Source of the DNA: Camelus dromedarius
Taxonomy: Eukaryota
DNA: 64,000 bases
Assembly (NCBI RefSeq): GCF_036321535.1
Contig: NC_087437.1
Coordinates: 992,001 to 1,056,000, forward strand
Direction of reading: 5' to 3'
A program made the translations under genes and the position numbers. The notes beneath the pieces were generated by a model. That model was not told the origin of the DNA. It ran no database searches and saw nothing but the letters and a program-made list of their open reading frames with translations. This document shows, piece by piece, positions 35,890 to 49,759 of the stretch. Every line of letters starts with the position of its first letter. Positions within the stretch are counted from its first letter, which is position 1.

Positions 35890-36127
35890 GAAAGTCTACC
35901 TGGATGCACGGACACCCTGGCTGTGTGAAGGGTTGCTTCCCTACATCCAGAAAGGGATCAGCAAGGAGGAGGGCTGTCTTGTAGCCAAGGCGTGAGGGAG
36001 GTGAAACCCGCCGGTTTTCAGACGTTTAAAAGTGAATCCACCTTTGTTTCAGAGAGATACTTTTAGGGTTATTATGGACACTTACTCCCGCTTTTCAGCC
36101 AATTCCCCTGGTGTGACCCCTGGAGTT

Positions 36128-36436
36128 GCTGTCCAATAGAGTAGCCAAAGCCACTGATGCTAGGAGAGCTGGGGAGGAGGCTGCTCTGAGCTGAGATGTG
36201 CTCTAGGTCAAATGCACATCAGACGCTGAGACTTGTCTAGTAAAAAGAATGTAAACTATCTTGTTTCTTTCTTTATTGATTACATGTCAAAATGATAGTA
36301 TTTTACATACTGTACAATAAGTAAGATATGTTCTTAAAATCAGTTTCTAGGGTTTTTTTGGGGGGGGTTACATTTTTAAATGTGGCAACTGGGAAACTTT
36401 CTTTACATGGCTGTCATTTCATTCCTGTTGGACAGC
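36128..36436. mobile_element. MER3/MER33-like hAT MITE
   Basis: Inverted termini gctgtccaatag ... ctgttggacagc. Confidence 0.7.
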
Positions 36437-39400
36437 ATGTCCTGGGACAGTCTCATCCCTTTGCTTATAGATGTCATGCTGAATCCTGAGACGCAGAATG
36501 AGGCGCTGGTTGAGCTGGGGGTGGAGCCAGTGTCTCCTGCCTCCCAGGTCCAGCACCTGCACGGCTTAGGAGCTCTCTCCCTGCCTGACAACCACCATGC
36601 CAATTTAGGACAACAGAAACACTGCCAGGGGCTTCCAAATGAGCTCCTTACGCAGGGAAAGGCGTGTCACGGAGCATGGGGCACAGCAGGGAAAGATTCG
36701 TCCTCACTTTGTCCCTGTGATTAGGTCAACGGACCCACTTTGCCTTGGAAGTGCAGACGAGCTCTTCTGGGCTGCCTACCCCCCCACATTCTGCTCTGTT
36801 TCCCTGTGTATCTATCGAGATGTCCCTCGGGAAGAAGAAGGTGAGATGCCTTTGCCGAGAGGTGGTCCCCCTTTGCTGGGGAGAGTGTGGGAATCCGTGC
36901 CACCCCGACCTACGGCCTCAGGCCTTGAGTATTGAGAGGGCTCATGGCGGTCCCACAGGTGACGGTCGGAGGGCCTGGCACGAGCTGCCGGGCCTGATGT
37001 GGAGGAGGGTTTCTGCGATTCTCTGTGAGTCTAAAATCAGATTCTACTTTCTGGTTGTTGGTAAGTTGGAGGAGAAGATGCCAGAGAATTGATAAAAAGA
37101 TAGTCCAGACCAGTCCTGTGAGTGACAGGCACAGGGGACCCGAGTCCCACCTGCTTGTGGTGCCTGGCGGGCTCTGGATGAATTTTCACTTCCTCCCCGG
37201 ACATACATCTATATCTTAAGGAAGGGGCGAGGCTTGTCGTCTCCATGACCTGTACTTGTCCTCACAGGGCCCCGTGATCTACACGGCTTTCTCCCCTTCT
37301 GCTTCTTGTAGATGAGCTGGCAGATGTAGTGGCCTGGGCAAAGCTGAGGACACAGATGCCAGCACCGTGCCACTCCCAGGCTGGCTCCATTCCCGTCACC
37401 TGTCACCTCCTGCTGAGTCCCCAGGCGTCAGTCAATGTCGGTACATCGGTGCAACGTAAGTAGGGACCAACATCTTCCCCTGGACATAATGGTGGGTGAG
37501 CAGTGGAAGCCTGGAGCCCTGCCCCAGCCCCCTGACCAGTGCCTCCTCTTTTGTCACAGGAGGCACTGGTGACATGTTTGCTCAGCAACTGCTTGGCTCT
37601 GAGTCTGCAGACCCACCAGAGAATACCAGCTTGTTTTTGCCTTTTGAAGTCTGTCCTTGGGATTTGGCGGAGTAGCTGGATGTGTGCTTAGCCCATAGTG
37701 GTTGACACTGTCACCATTGTTTACCCAGAACCTCGTGTACCAGGCATGGCTCCCGGCATCAAAATACAGCAGGGCATTAAACCTCCCTCCTGGTGGGTCT
37801 GTCTGTTTTGGTACCGTAAGGGCTCAGCCAGCCTCTGAACGTCAGTGAGATAACGCGGCCAGTGAGCTCGGGTCAAGTAAGTTCTCCTCCAGTCACTTTT
37901 ACTCCATTGTTTCTTTTACTATTACACAGTCATTAATTTTTTAAACAATGCTTTGGTGCAGGAACAGAGCCTAATTCTCTCCTGTTACTCTTGGTGGGAG
38001 TGAGTAAAATTGTCCAGCTTGAAATGCGACCACATTTTGTAGCTCAAAAGCTGTTTACACGCATCTAGGTGAAGTTTAGGTTTGGGGCGCTGACCTCGTT
38101 GTGGTCCCCCGGCAGCGCTGCTCGCCTCAGGCCCCTGCCTTCCCTGGAACAATAGGTGAGGGTGGGTCTCACCGTCCCCTCGTCCCTGTCCTCACCAAAC
38201 TCACCTAAATTCTTGTAATTGCTCTCAGTTATTTTTGTTCTCATGTGTTTCTAATTTTCGCTGTTCCTCTTTTCCTTTTTCTATTTCCCTTTCTATCTTG
38301 TACCGCCCTGTGAGCATGTTGTTGAGTCTGAAAAGTGGACTGTGCACACCCTGCATTGGAAATAGCGAGATTGTCCTCCGTGCTGTCCCCATCGCTTTAA
38401 AAAGCAAAAACCTTAACAGTTGCCTTGATCCATATATTATCCTAGTCATCTTTTTATTTTCTAGATTTTTGGAATTTTTGCTTTGTTAGCACATCACCCA
38501 CTGGTGTTTGATACCTGTTAAAATCCTTGCTTTGGGGAACAGTTTGGTCCTCCTTATGTTTGGTGACAAATGCGCCCTTATTAAATTTGTTTGATTGTTT
38601 TGAAGAAGTGAGATGTGAATTGATTTAGGCGGCTGCTGAGGGATTTTTTTTCAAGGAGTATTTAAACTTGGAATGTCAAAATCTGCAGCATCTTCCTTGA
38701 TTCTGGCTTTTAGACAAACGTGCTTGGCACGCGGTTCAGGGCTGTCGTTGTGTGACGTGCGTGACGGAGCTTCCTGGCCGGCGGTCACTGGTGAGAAAGT
38801 GGCAGTCTCGGGGGTGAGCAGCTGCAGGGGATGCTGTTGGAAGAAGCAGTCACCGGTTTTTTGTTTTTTGTTTTTTCATTCACCTTCCCGGTGCCATTTA
38901 ATTTACTTTGCCTTCATAGAGAGGCAGGAGCGGGTCTAAACTCCATGCCACTCTTATTTTCCCTTTATGAGGCTGGTTTTTCTGAGTATCAGAACAACAT
39001 GGCCTTCTCCTAAGTAGCTGGCTCACTTGGATCTGGTGGACACAGGGACCGCTAAAGGGGACTGTAGCTTCCTCTCTGCTCCAGCCGGTGGGCATTCAGA
39101 GCCGGGTCTGTGGTTTGCCTCAGCAGCCATGCAGTCCTCCCTGCACCAGCCTTTACTATTAACCCATTATGGCAGTAAATAGCTGACTCCGTGTCTGTTG
39201 CAGCTGACGTCCACCACTGACGGCCGTGTCGTTAGTTTGCGGTAGTGAGTCTCCAACACCCTAGTCAGCTGTGAAGTGACCTTGCATTCTCACCCACACC
39301 CTGGTTCATCTCACCCGGGGGAAGGGTTTGGCCACCACTGTCATGCTGGCCATGAGACCTTGTTTTACCTTTCATGCCCTGGTCCAATTGTGGACACTTC

Positions 39401-42400
39401 ATCCTTCACTGACTTGGTCTCGCTTGAGACAGACCAGACATTCTGAAAGAGCCCATCACATTCTGGGGGGGAACAGAACACAAGAATCGCAAGTAGGAGT
39501 CTAGGCTCTCTGGGTTGGCAAATGCAGGCTGGGATCTGTGAAGGCTGGGCTGTGCCCTTCACAGGCCTTTCCCGTGGCTCCCGAGAGCCCAGGGGTCGGA
39601 GTGAGAACAGCCTTGCCTGGGTTCCCCCATCCTCATCTGCTCACTGGCAGGTGTGTCTGCTAACTAGGAACTCCCCCAAACCTCGGGCCCTTCAAAGTTC
39701 AGACCACAGGAGAACCTTGAGTCCCTTCTCCTGGGCCTCCTTTGTGAGAATCCAGTGCCTTCTGAGGTGACCAGAGGCAGGAGATGCCTCCCACTCCAGG
39801 GAGCTCTCTTCGGAGGACTGTGACGCACTGCACCTTGCTGTCAGCTTGTGGGGTTCCATCCGTGGTCCTTGCAGAACCAGACTTGAGATTGGCTTAGCAA
39901 TAGAAATGACAAGACTGATTCCAGGGCAGGGCCGGGGGGAGGAACAGGGGAAATTGAATGTGACCTCAAACACCTAGGTGGGTTCTGGGTCTGTTACTAA
40001 AATCGGGAGCCTGGGAGGTACCTGCCAGGAATCGAAATCTAGAGTAAATGGTGGACATGAGGCATTTTTAAGATTCCATTTGTCATCCAAGTTAGGACTT
40101 CAAAGAGGCACTTGGGTCTATGGCCCCGGGGCTCAGGTGAAGGAGCCGGACTAGAGATACACGTTGGGAGTCGTCATTCTTAGCTGGTGTTCACAGCCGT
40201 GCAGGTGGATGAGTTCATCTCGAGAGGTGCAGACTGAGGCTGAGGCGGGTCAGGGCTGTGCCTGGGTTGGAGGAAAGCCCAGACCATGCAGCTTTGGCGT
40301 GTCACTCAGTGGCGTTTGGGATTTTCAGAGCAATGGCATTTATCCTTAAGGGTCTTGGGGGTGGGCAGGGCCACCCAGGAAGAAATCTGAATGGAGGGTT
40401 GTGGCCACGCGTGCGCATCTGGGGATGAAGCAGAGGCTGCATGTTCCAGGAGGGGAACCTCCTCGGAAGATGGAGTCGGAGTGGGGAGTGTTGAGAATGT
40501 AGTCACACTCACCTGTGAGGGAGGGACAGAGGCCTAATGAGTCTCCACCCTAGCGGACTCTCTTTCCCATGAACAAAAGGCCAGCAGACAGAAGATTTGA
40601 GGTGAGAAAGAGCCAAAGTGGAGAATGGTGGTTGGACAGTTCTGGAATTGTCTCCCTGCAAAATAGAGTTAAAAAAACCCAGACTCTTAAGAACATTGAT
40701 AGTGACGTTGGAGGAGATAGTTCTTTTTCTGGCCTCCTAAGGGTAAGACATGTATCCGGGGATACACAGAAGAATCGGGCAGTCTGGTCCGGGGCTTGAC
40801 CCTTACCAGGGGGAACAGGGCAAGTTTAAAGGGGGAGAAGGGCAGCGGAGGGAAACTAGCCAGGTCTCGTGTCAGGTAGCAGTCGGCCTCACTACTTGCG
40901 TGTTGCATTCACATCCGTGCCTCCCAGGTGGGCGGTGGCAGCCCCCTTTTGCAGATTGGGAAGCCTTCTCAGAGGGGTTAAGGAATTGGTCCATTTCGCG
41001 GCTAGTAAATGCTGTAGCAGGATTCAAGCAGGGCCTTGTCAGACTTCAAGGGCATGTTCTCTCTACTAATTCCGGTACCTCCATGTTGTACCTGGATTGG
41101 TGAATTGGGTCAGTATTGGAGCCTTTCACAAAAAGTACGATTTAAGTGCCTCAGGACTCTTTCCCAAATCTCAGTGTTCTTTAATTGTTCAGAAGCACCG
41201 CAGTGCTTTTCGCCCCACAGAGGTAAGGTCTTACTCTTTTGACGATGACGTGGTTGCAAATGACGTACAGGTGCAAAACCAGACTTAGCAGCTTCTGAAG
41301 GGAAACTCTCCAGTTCTCCCTTGATAGGCTTTCTTCCACGGGATGTAACCTGCTGCACCGTAGGTCTGAGCTTTCTGTATGGAGTGAGGGTTTGATATCC
41401 AAAGTTAGCAAATAAGGGTCAGATGGAGAAAATCGACGTTAACTATTTATTTTGGGGTTTCATTAGACAAGATGCACTATCGCTTAATGGCCCATATAAC
41501 GTAAGTAATTGAGTACAGAACATTGCATTCCTTACTTTCTAATGAGAGGTGTCTTGCATCGTAATGTTGTCTGCTTTGGAACTTCAGCTCAGCCAGTAGG
41601 GCACCTGTCAGTGTGTTGGTGTGATTGCATTTACACAGTGCATGTAATCTGGGCTTCCTCTGCCCCAAACACTCCAGTGCAGAATCATAGGCTGTAGCCA
41701 TCACTTAATTATACAAATACTTCTACAACTATATGATACAAAAAAAAAAAAAACAAAGAGAGAGAGAGCGAGAGAGATTGCCTTATCAAATTTCCTTTGA
41801 TTTTAACTGCAAACTGTTGTTGAGCAGCTCTGGTTTCCTTTGGATATGAATATGTACATTTCTTTGCATGTAACTTGGATCTTAGACTAGAACACCAACC
41901 TCTTGCTTTCCATGAGCCACAAAAATCATAACCAAATGACATACGTATTAAACATTTTATTCTTTTCTTCTGAGACAGAATCCTTGAATCTGGGACTTGG
42001 GCTGTGATTTTGCTTTTTGCTCTTCCCACCCCTCTTATCGTCTCACTCCTTTTTCCCACGTGGCCTCCAAGAGTTCATGGTCTCAGAGGAGCAGGTGGAC
42101 AAACACCAGTTGGTCGCCAAGCAGTCCTGCTGTAGAGGGAGCCCAGCCAAGAGCTAAAGGACTTCATCAGAGAGGGCTTCCTTGAAGAAATGGGCTCTAC
42201 ATTCAGTTATGAGGACAGAGTAAGAGTCAGCCAGGAGAAGGAATCAAGAGGGTGACTCAGGTTGCAGGAGCAGCCCGGGTAGAGGCCTGGAGGCTTGTGG
42301 GGTGGGGACTCGGGGAGAGTGCACTGTGTGGTCCAGGGTGGAGGGTGCCCCTGCTTGGGAGGACACTGGAGTGGGCCTAGGGATGGAGGGCTTAGGAGGA

Positions 42401-42958
42401 GCTTGGTTTTTTACTAGAATTGACACAGAAGAGGCAGTGAAGGGTGTCAGCAGAAAGTGACCCTCAGGAGAGGTACTCCTGGTTTTGCTTCTGATGTTCT
42501 ACAGAAAGAAGGGGTCGGGGTGGGCGAGAGCAGCTCTGCCCGTCCCTTTGAGACCCACCCCTTCATTCATTTATTCATAACACATGCAATTCTGAGTGTC
42601 CAGGGGAGAGAGGGTGGACTCACAGTAGTAAGCAAAATGTATTGCTTCTTGAGAGTTTAGCATTGTCAGAAGTTGTCTTAGCGTAGAATGTTCTGGGAAC
42701 ACAGCAGGGGCACCTAACCCAAAGTGTAGAGGTTCGAGGGAAGGAAGGCTCCCTTGACAAACCGTCAAAATGCGCCTGGAGGCAAGTGGGGAGTAGCAGC
42801 AGTTCAGGGGGCGCCTGAGGTCATTGTGGACCTGGGTACTGTGGTGAAGGTGGGCGAGCAGCGTCGGGGGTGGGGCTAGAACTCTACCAGGGAGCCTCTG
42901 AAGGGTTTGAAGTGGGGGTGATGTAATCAAATTTGTGCTTTGGGAAGGCTGTCCTGGC

Positions 42959-42961
<3 letters not shown>

Positions 42962-43030
<69 letters not shown>
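42962..43030 (+). repeat. (GT)n microsatellite, ~34 units
   Basis: Seen directly, with one interruption. Confidence 0.98.
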
Positions 43031-44076
43031 AAGCAGGGAAGAGGGGGAGAGTGCCACCAACTGGGAGGGTCATTAGAAGACCATTGACAGGCTGGGCGGC
43101 CACCAGTGGGAGAGGGGCGTCGGGGCTGCTTGGGGACGGCAGGGGCAGTGTGAATGCCGGATTTCCTCATGAGGAGAGCTTATTAACGGGGACCCCCTAG
43201 CGGCACCTTGTGGCTGGAAGAAAACGGATGCAACCAGGTGGACTTTTCTCTTCTTCCCTGCATTGTGTGATGATCTTAGCTCAGCCAACATTTGGAAGAG
43301 AATAGCTAAGTTTCAGGGTAGCACAGGATATTTTTGAGCTCGTTCGAGAGAGATCTGATAGGATTTAGTCTTGTGTTGAGATCTGCATGTTCACTTAGCT
43401 AGAAACGTCCCGTCTTTTGGATTTCCATAGGGGTATTTTTTCTTGATAAAGATTGCTTTCTTGGTGAGAGGAAATTTAATACAGCTGCTGTGTTTCTCAA
43501 AAAAAATCTTATCTTTTAAGAAATTTAATATTCAAAAGAATAGCAAAATTTTAAATTGATAAAGTAAGGCTTTGGTGTAGTTTCTTTGGTTTCTGAGTTA
43601 ATGTAGAGTTAGAGCCTTTGCATTACTTAAATAGCACATCCTTGTCAGTATTTAAAGAGCTGTTAGTGAGCGCCCCAGGCCCCACTTCTCAAAGCATCAT
43701 TAAATCTTGCTCTGAAATAGTGAAGTCATAAAGGTCTTGTTGGCAGAAGCCAAATAGTTGGTTTATAATTTGCAGCATAGCACCCTTTATAAAATAATAA
43801 TAGGTTCAAAATTAAGAAAGTGGAAAATAATTGATTTTTTTAAAGCTGAAACATAATCTTTCTTGTGTTAATGTTGCAACTGGAAATTTCGAAAAGAAAA
43901 ATCCTACTGTAATATCATCTACGTGGAATACATATATGTCTATCACGTTTGCAATGTAACTGCGCAGTGGTTTTTGAAGTCAGGACAATTCCAGCTGAGT
44001 TACTGGCAGTGATGGTGGCTGGTTTTCAATGGAAGACCCTAAATTTGCCTTCTGAGCTTTATTCTTTTCTGTTCTC

Positions 44077-44107
<31 letters not shown>

Positions 44108-44669
44108 TAGTGAGAGGGCTCAGTAGTGCTTTGCCAGCATGATTTTGGGGCAATTTGGGGGCAGATATCGTGCACAAGCAGTGAGATATTTCCATGCATT
44201 TTACTTTCCGGACATCACCATGGAACATGTGGGGGTTTGTGCCTGCAGGCCGGGATGCTGCAAGACTCCCTGGTCCATCACCTTTATGTCTTGGAGCTGC
44301 TCCAGTCAGTGAATGACTTTCTGTGTCTTAGAGGTAAGGTGATCTGATGCAGATGATCAGATGTGTAACTAAGTACTGTTACTTGAAATAGAAAACCTAT
44401 CAAAAATGGCTCTAAAATACAGGATGAGGGAGGAGAATTGTCTGAGCTGCTTGCATGGGGAATATTCTCAGGTGACTCCCTCATTGTGTCTCCTGTCACT
44501 CCTCCCCCAGCCCTGCACGGCAGTCATCGTGAAGCAAGCATGCACTTTCTCAGAAACGCGCTGAATTTCCTTGTGCCTCTGTTTGTTGGCTTTTTTTTTT
44601 TGAAAGCACATCTTGCCCTTTGCTTAAATGCCATCCCTGCCTAGTCACCTCTTACACTCATTCGTCTGG

Positions 44670-45210
44670 AGCTCGTCCATACATAGCTGCTGAATGGATG
44701 AACAGAATGTAGTATCTCCATGTAGTGGAACATTATTCAGACGTAAAAGTGAATAAAAAAGAAAAAATAAATAAAGGGGAATATGAAAAAGGCCACCTGC
44801 TCTGGGAAGTCCACACTGACTGCTCAACCAGCCCTTTTCCCTTTGAAACCCAATCACTTATGCTCCTCTCTACTCTTTTTGATAGTACTTACCACCTTCT
44901 AATAAACTTTAACACTTTCAAAAAAAAAAAGAGAGATGCTGATACCACTTCAACCTGGACGAGCCTTGATAACAGCACGTTTAGTGAAAGGAACCAGACA
45001 CAAACGGCCACATATTGTTGAATTCAGTGATCTGAAATGCCCAGAATAGGCACATGCAGAGGCAGAGGGCAGGTGATGGTTGCAAGGGGTTGGGTGGAGG
45101 GGGGTTGGGGAGTGATTGCTAGTGGCAGGGGTGTTCTTATGGGATGATGAAGTGTTCTGGAAATAGATGGTGGTGAGGGCTGCACAACCGTGAGTGTGCA
45201 GAAGACTGCT
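44670..45210 (+). mobile_element. L1MB-like 3'UTR fragment, interrupted
   Basis: tgaatggatgaacag...ggaacattattcag; agtgaaaggaaccagacacaaacggccacatattg; gggatgatgaagtgttctggaa...ggctgcacaac. Confidence 0.7.
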
Positions 45211-46284
45211 GAGCGCTGTCTCTGGGAGTGCCTGTGGTTGGGGGCGGGTTTATTTTGTTCTCATCCGTGAAGAGTCATCTTGTGCTGAGGCCATTCTACT
45301 CCTGTGAGTGGTGAGGGTCAGAGACTTTGCAGAGTCATGTGTTATTTTCCCACTTGCTGAGTGTAGGCAAAAAAGGTTTAAGCCTGAGAAAGTGCTCCAT
45401 CTGCAGAAACGTCTTTTAGTTTTGCATGGTGTAAAATTCTTGAGAGCTTTTTAATAGTTGAGGACAGCCTGTGGGGGGGAAACAGCCCATGAATCCTGGG
45501 TGAGTCCCGGAAGAACTGCGCTTCCCTCCCTGACACGGGTGGGGATTTCACCCCCGTTCAGGCAGTGAAGGGCCCAGACCCGAGAGCGGAGTTGACAGTC
45601 GTGAATATTTACATGTATCCGCTGCTTCATCTTGGATATTAATTTCAAGCTGAGTCAGTATGTGGCGGCAGCCTCATCCTACGTCAGGAATCTATAGTAT
45701 CTGCTCTTTGAGGTGAAGACCTGACAGACTTGATTATTTAACAGTCTCCCTTGAATTGATATGTCAGATTCCTTTCTCAATAATAGAACAGCAGAATTAT
45801 AGACGTCCTTTATTGCCGATGTGACCTGGAGCAGGTTAAGTCTCTGTGCCTCAGTGGCCTTATCTTCGGTTGGGGAAGATGATAACAGTGCTTCCCTCAG
45901 AGGGTCTGGTGAGGGGGGAGTGAGAAGTAGAAAGGGAGGACTTACACGTGATGCTCATGAATGACCGAATTTAGTGCTCCCAGCCTGGTGAGGCCTCAGG
46001 GGCAGAGATGGCAGAACAGACCATTCGTAGCCGGAGCTCGATCTGTGTTGGCAGCTGTTATGATCAGGATCACCCCTGTGGGTTATCAGGCAGTTTTAAG
46101 ACTTGGTAATATGAATTCATGAATAATGTTAAAAGATTAGACAACTCAGATCCGGTTTACATAGTTCTCAAGATTTCCTGTGAGAAATGGATATTTTTTT
46201 CCCCATCTTAAATCTGAGTTGATTCTCTAAAAAAAATTCTGCATTCCTCCACCTTTTTGAGTTAATTCTCCATTTCTCAAAAAA

Positions 46285-46375
46285 AAAGTTTTTAAATGGA
46301 GTTACTGGTGTCTGAACTGAGGGCCGCATGCATGCTGAGCACATACTCTCTCAAGTGAGGTATAATCTCCCCCCT
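46285..46375 (-). mobile_element. degraded tRNA-derived SINE
   Basis: gcatgcatgctgagcacatactctctcaagtgaggtataatctcccc. Confidence 0.55.
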
Positions 46376-49300
46376 GATTTTTTTTAAACTTTACTTTCTT
46401 TGTATGCAGAGGTTAGTGACCTCTAATTCTTTTTCTGGAGACTTGTCCATGAACCTGTAAATCTATAATTAGTGGACAAAATTTGATTTATTAAAAAAAT
46501 CAATGGAACATTCTGCAATCCATTCAAAAGGAAATGCTCATTGACATAAAATGTTTCTCCTTTATGGTGATTTCTAATTTTTGGTCTGCCTTAACTTATT
46601 AAAAGTAATCCTCATCATCATAATGACCAAGCTTGCTCTGAGTGGACACTTACCTAAGGCTAAAATGCTTTCCTCATGTTTTAATTCATAGCAGGTGTTT
46701 AAGGGTAGGTATCAGTGTCTCCTTTTCTGCAGCTGAGCGGTTGAGAGATGGGGCAGCTTGTCCCAAATCTCACGCAGCTGGCGCTGGCAGGCTCAGTGCT
46801 GGAACCCAGGCTGCACAGGATGCATTCTCAATGGCTCCTCTGATCAGCCCCAAGTTGAGTGGTTTCCCGAACTCCTGTGAGTCCATAAATGAACGATTTT
46901 AGCGATCTCAGCTTCATGAAGCCTTCAAAGGAGAGACACCAGTGAGAATGTTAGACAGAGTGGCATAAATTAAAATTGTACATTTTCACAAATGTTGCTT
47001 TCTCAGGCAATGAGTTAAAAACTTTATATTTTTTTATTTTAGTGCTCTGTAAACACTAAAATCAAAACATTAAAAATGATTATAGTGCAAAATTGGAGTG
47101 GGCTTTGAAAGTCCAACCATTTCTAATGATGTTGCTTGTTTTTCTCTAGTGGTGCTTATTGACAGAAAAATTTACAAAGACTGAATTGGTTCTATGTAGT
47201 CTTAGTATGGAGGAAAGTTTTGTCAGTGAATATTGTAAGTAAAATCTTTACTCTTTTCTTTCCTGATGATGAATATGTAAGTTGTTTTCATGGCTTAAGT
47301 ACATTTCCTCATTTGTGAAATTTGAGTGATGCCCTTTACCTTGTTTGACTGTGAGAGGTGGACGCCTTGTATATGAAGCACCCAAGAGCTGCTTATAAAA
47401 ATATGCTGTCACAAGGACAGATAGTTTAGAAGGATCAACTCTGAATACTAAAGAGGGTGGCTTGTTTCTGATGCATATTCAATATGCATATTTATGAATA
47501 TATGAATATGGCTTAAAGTAACAAGGATTCAGGGTTTTGTGTGTGTGTGTGCAGTATGAAGTTTTAATGAAATCTTTATCATTCTAGTGAGACAGGGACT
47601 AGTTAAATCACCTTAAGCAGACGGCCTTGAATATTATTTACACAGAATGTGTGTTGTTACAACTCAGAATTCATGTTGCCGTGTAACCATCCACTCAGAC
47701 ATTTAAATTCGTAGGAATCTGACCAGAACCATTAAGTTTAGAAAAATCTACATTGATCATTTTCAGGGAATAAGCTTCTCTCTTTTGTGATTAAAGAAAA
47801 TTTTGATTTATTTTTCTGCACTCTTAATAGGTTTTAAAATATCAAAACATTGATTTGACATGTCACTTTTTTTAATAGAATAAAGCTCATGCTGTTTTAA
47901 TGTGCAAATAAATGTTTTTGAATTTCAATACACTTGTATGCTTTCCTGGCACTTTGAGAAGTATTTTGCAAGATACCTAGATTAATTACTGTTGGAAAAA
48001 TACAGACGTGACTTTTATGAATATAGGCCTAGTACAGATCTGTTGGTTTTTGCTACAGTGCAAGACATGAGGCCTAGGAGAGATTTGCTGCTGATTGCCA
48101 GGAGGACAGATCCCAGATCTCAGTCTCCCCTCCTGTAAAATGAAGTGGCTGGACTGGATTCTTTCCTCTACTAAGAAGTTTCCATGAGCCTGTGTCTTTT
48201 GTTTATATTCAGGAGTATTAGCAATGTCAGATTAAATACTGAATACACCTCCCTTCCCCGAAGCAAAGTGCACTATGTGCTACATAAGATTTAATTATCT
48301 GATTCTTCTTTCTGATCCAACAGGCAATTTTTGTGTTGCATCTTTCCCAGCAACCTGGAAGGTGTTTTTAGCCATAGGTGGTGCTGTTGCACCTTCTAAC
48401 AGTCTTAATATTCCTTTTGCAAAAGAAGGTTTAACAAATGTTATTTTGTTTTGATTCCGTTGCTTAGTGCTTCAGAATAGCACAATGTCCATTATGTCTG
48501 TCTACCTGGAAAAATTATTCTGCTTATGTCTTAGACTTATTCTGTCATCTCGCTGTGAACATTTCAGACTTGCTGTGCAAACAATGGCAAAATCGGTCTT
48601 TTCTTCCAGTGTTAGCAACCAGTGAGCCGGAATTTTATAAAGCAGCTAAGAGCGGCCTCTGGAGCACCTTAAAGCTGAAAAGTGTACTGAGTTCCCTGAG
48701 TATTGACCCAGCAGCTGTGTATCAATTGTTGGGAGGTGATTTTGTACATATAAGAAGGGGTGTAGTTTTTTGTCTTGGGTTTGCGTGCACGTGCTGCCAC
48801 TGAGCCACGTGAGCCTGAGTCAGTTTGCTCTGAGTTATTCCCTCGTCTGTGAGATGGGGACGCTCGTATCTGCTTTGCAGAATTGTGAGAATTAGAAATT
48901 ATGTAAAGTGTTTAGCACAGTGGGAATGTCAAAGGGCTCATAAAGTTTAGCTCCTGTTTTGTATGAAGCCATCATTTTACAGTCTTTGGCAGTTACTAAG
49001 AAACAGGAAAATAAGAAAAGCTGGTTTTATGCTGAAAGATATTTGAGGAGGTTCCATAGTTCCTATACCCATAATTTAGCATCAGCAGGGTCAGGACAGT
49101 TACACAGTCGCCTTGAACCAATGTTAAGCCACAGAATTTTTTGTTACTTCATATATATTGGGGCTTAAGGGGACCCAATACCTATACACATGTTTTCTCC
49201 AGCAGCCAACTGAGAGATGACACAGAAGAACAGGCAGGCGATAAATGTCTCCTGTATTACTGATGAAGCCACGTTCTCCATGAACTTCAGGGCTGTGGGA

Positions 49301-49759
49301 AAATGCGTGTCATGATACTGTGCCCCAGAACTAGAGACTCATGAAGTCCCAGTTAGCTCTGGGCCACAGTGAGCCTTCCCTTAAGAGGATCTGCCCCATC
49401 ATGCACAGGGCTGCCCTGCCATGGAGCTGAGCATCCCGGGTGCTTCCCAATGGTGGCCAACACTGGAGGGAAAGGAAAGGTTTCATATGCCCTGCTTGTC
49501 GATCCGGACTCACACCTCAATCTGTTAGTGTGAGGAGGGCTAGCCGTTGTCCAGAGGTCAGGGGTGTGAAGGGAAAAACACTCTCCATGGACCAGATTGT
49601 GGAGGAGGCATCCCTTCCCTCAGTTTAAACAAGTGGTGGGATGCAACAGAAGGGTGCTCCCCAAGAGTTTATAAGAGGGGAAATAAGGATTTCCTTTGGG
49701 ACTCAGACTAGCCATGAAACACAGAAGATGATTAGAAGGGAGATTTGTAAATCACTTTC

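Noticed and set aside
42571..43200. ORFs with HT/CV dipeptide repeats
   Set aside because: They are translations of the (GT)n microsatellite.
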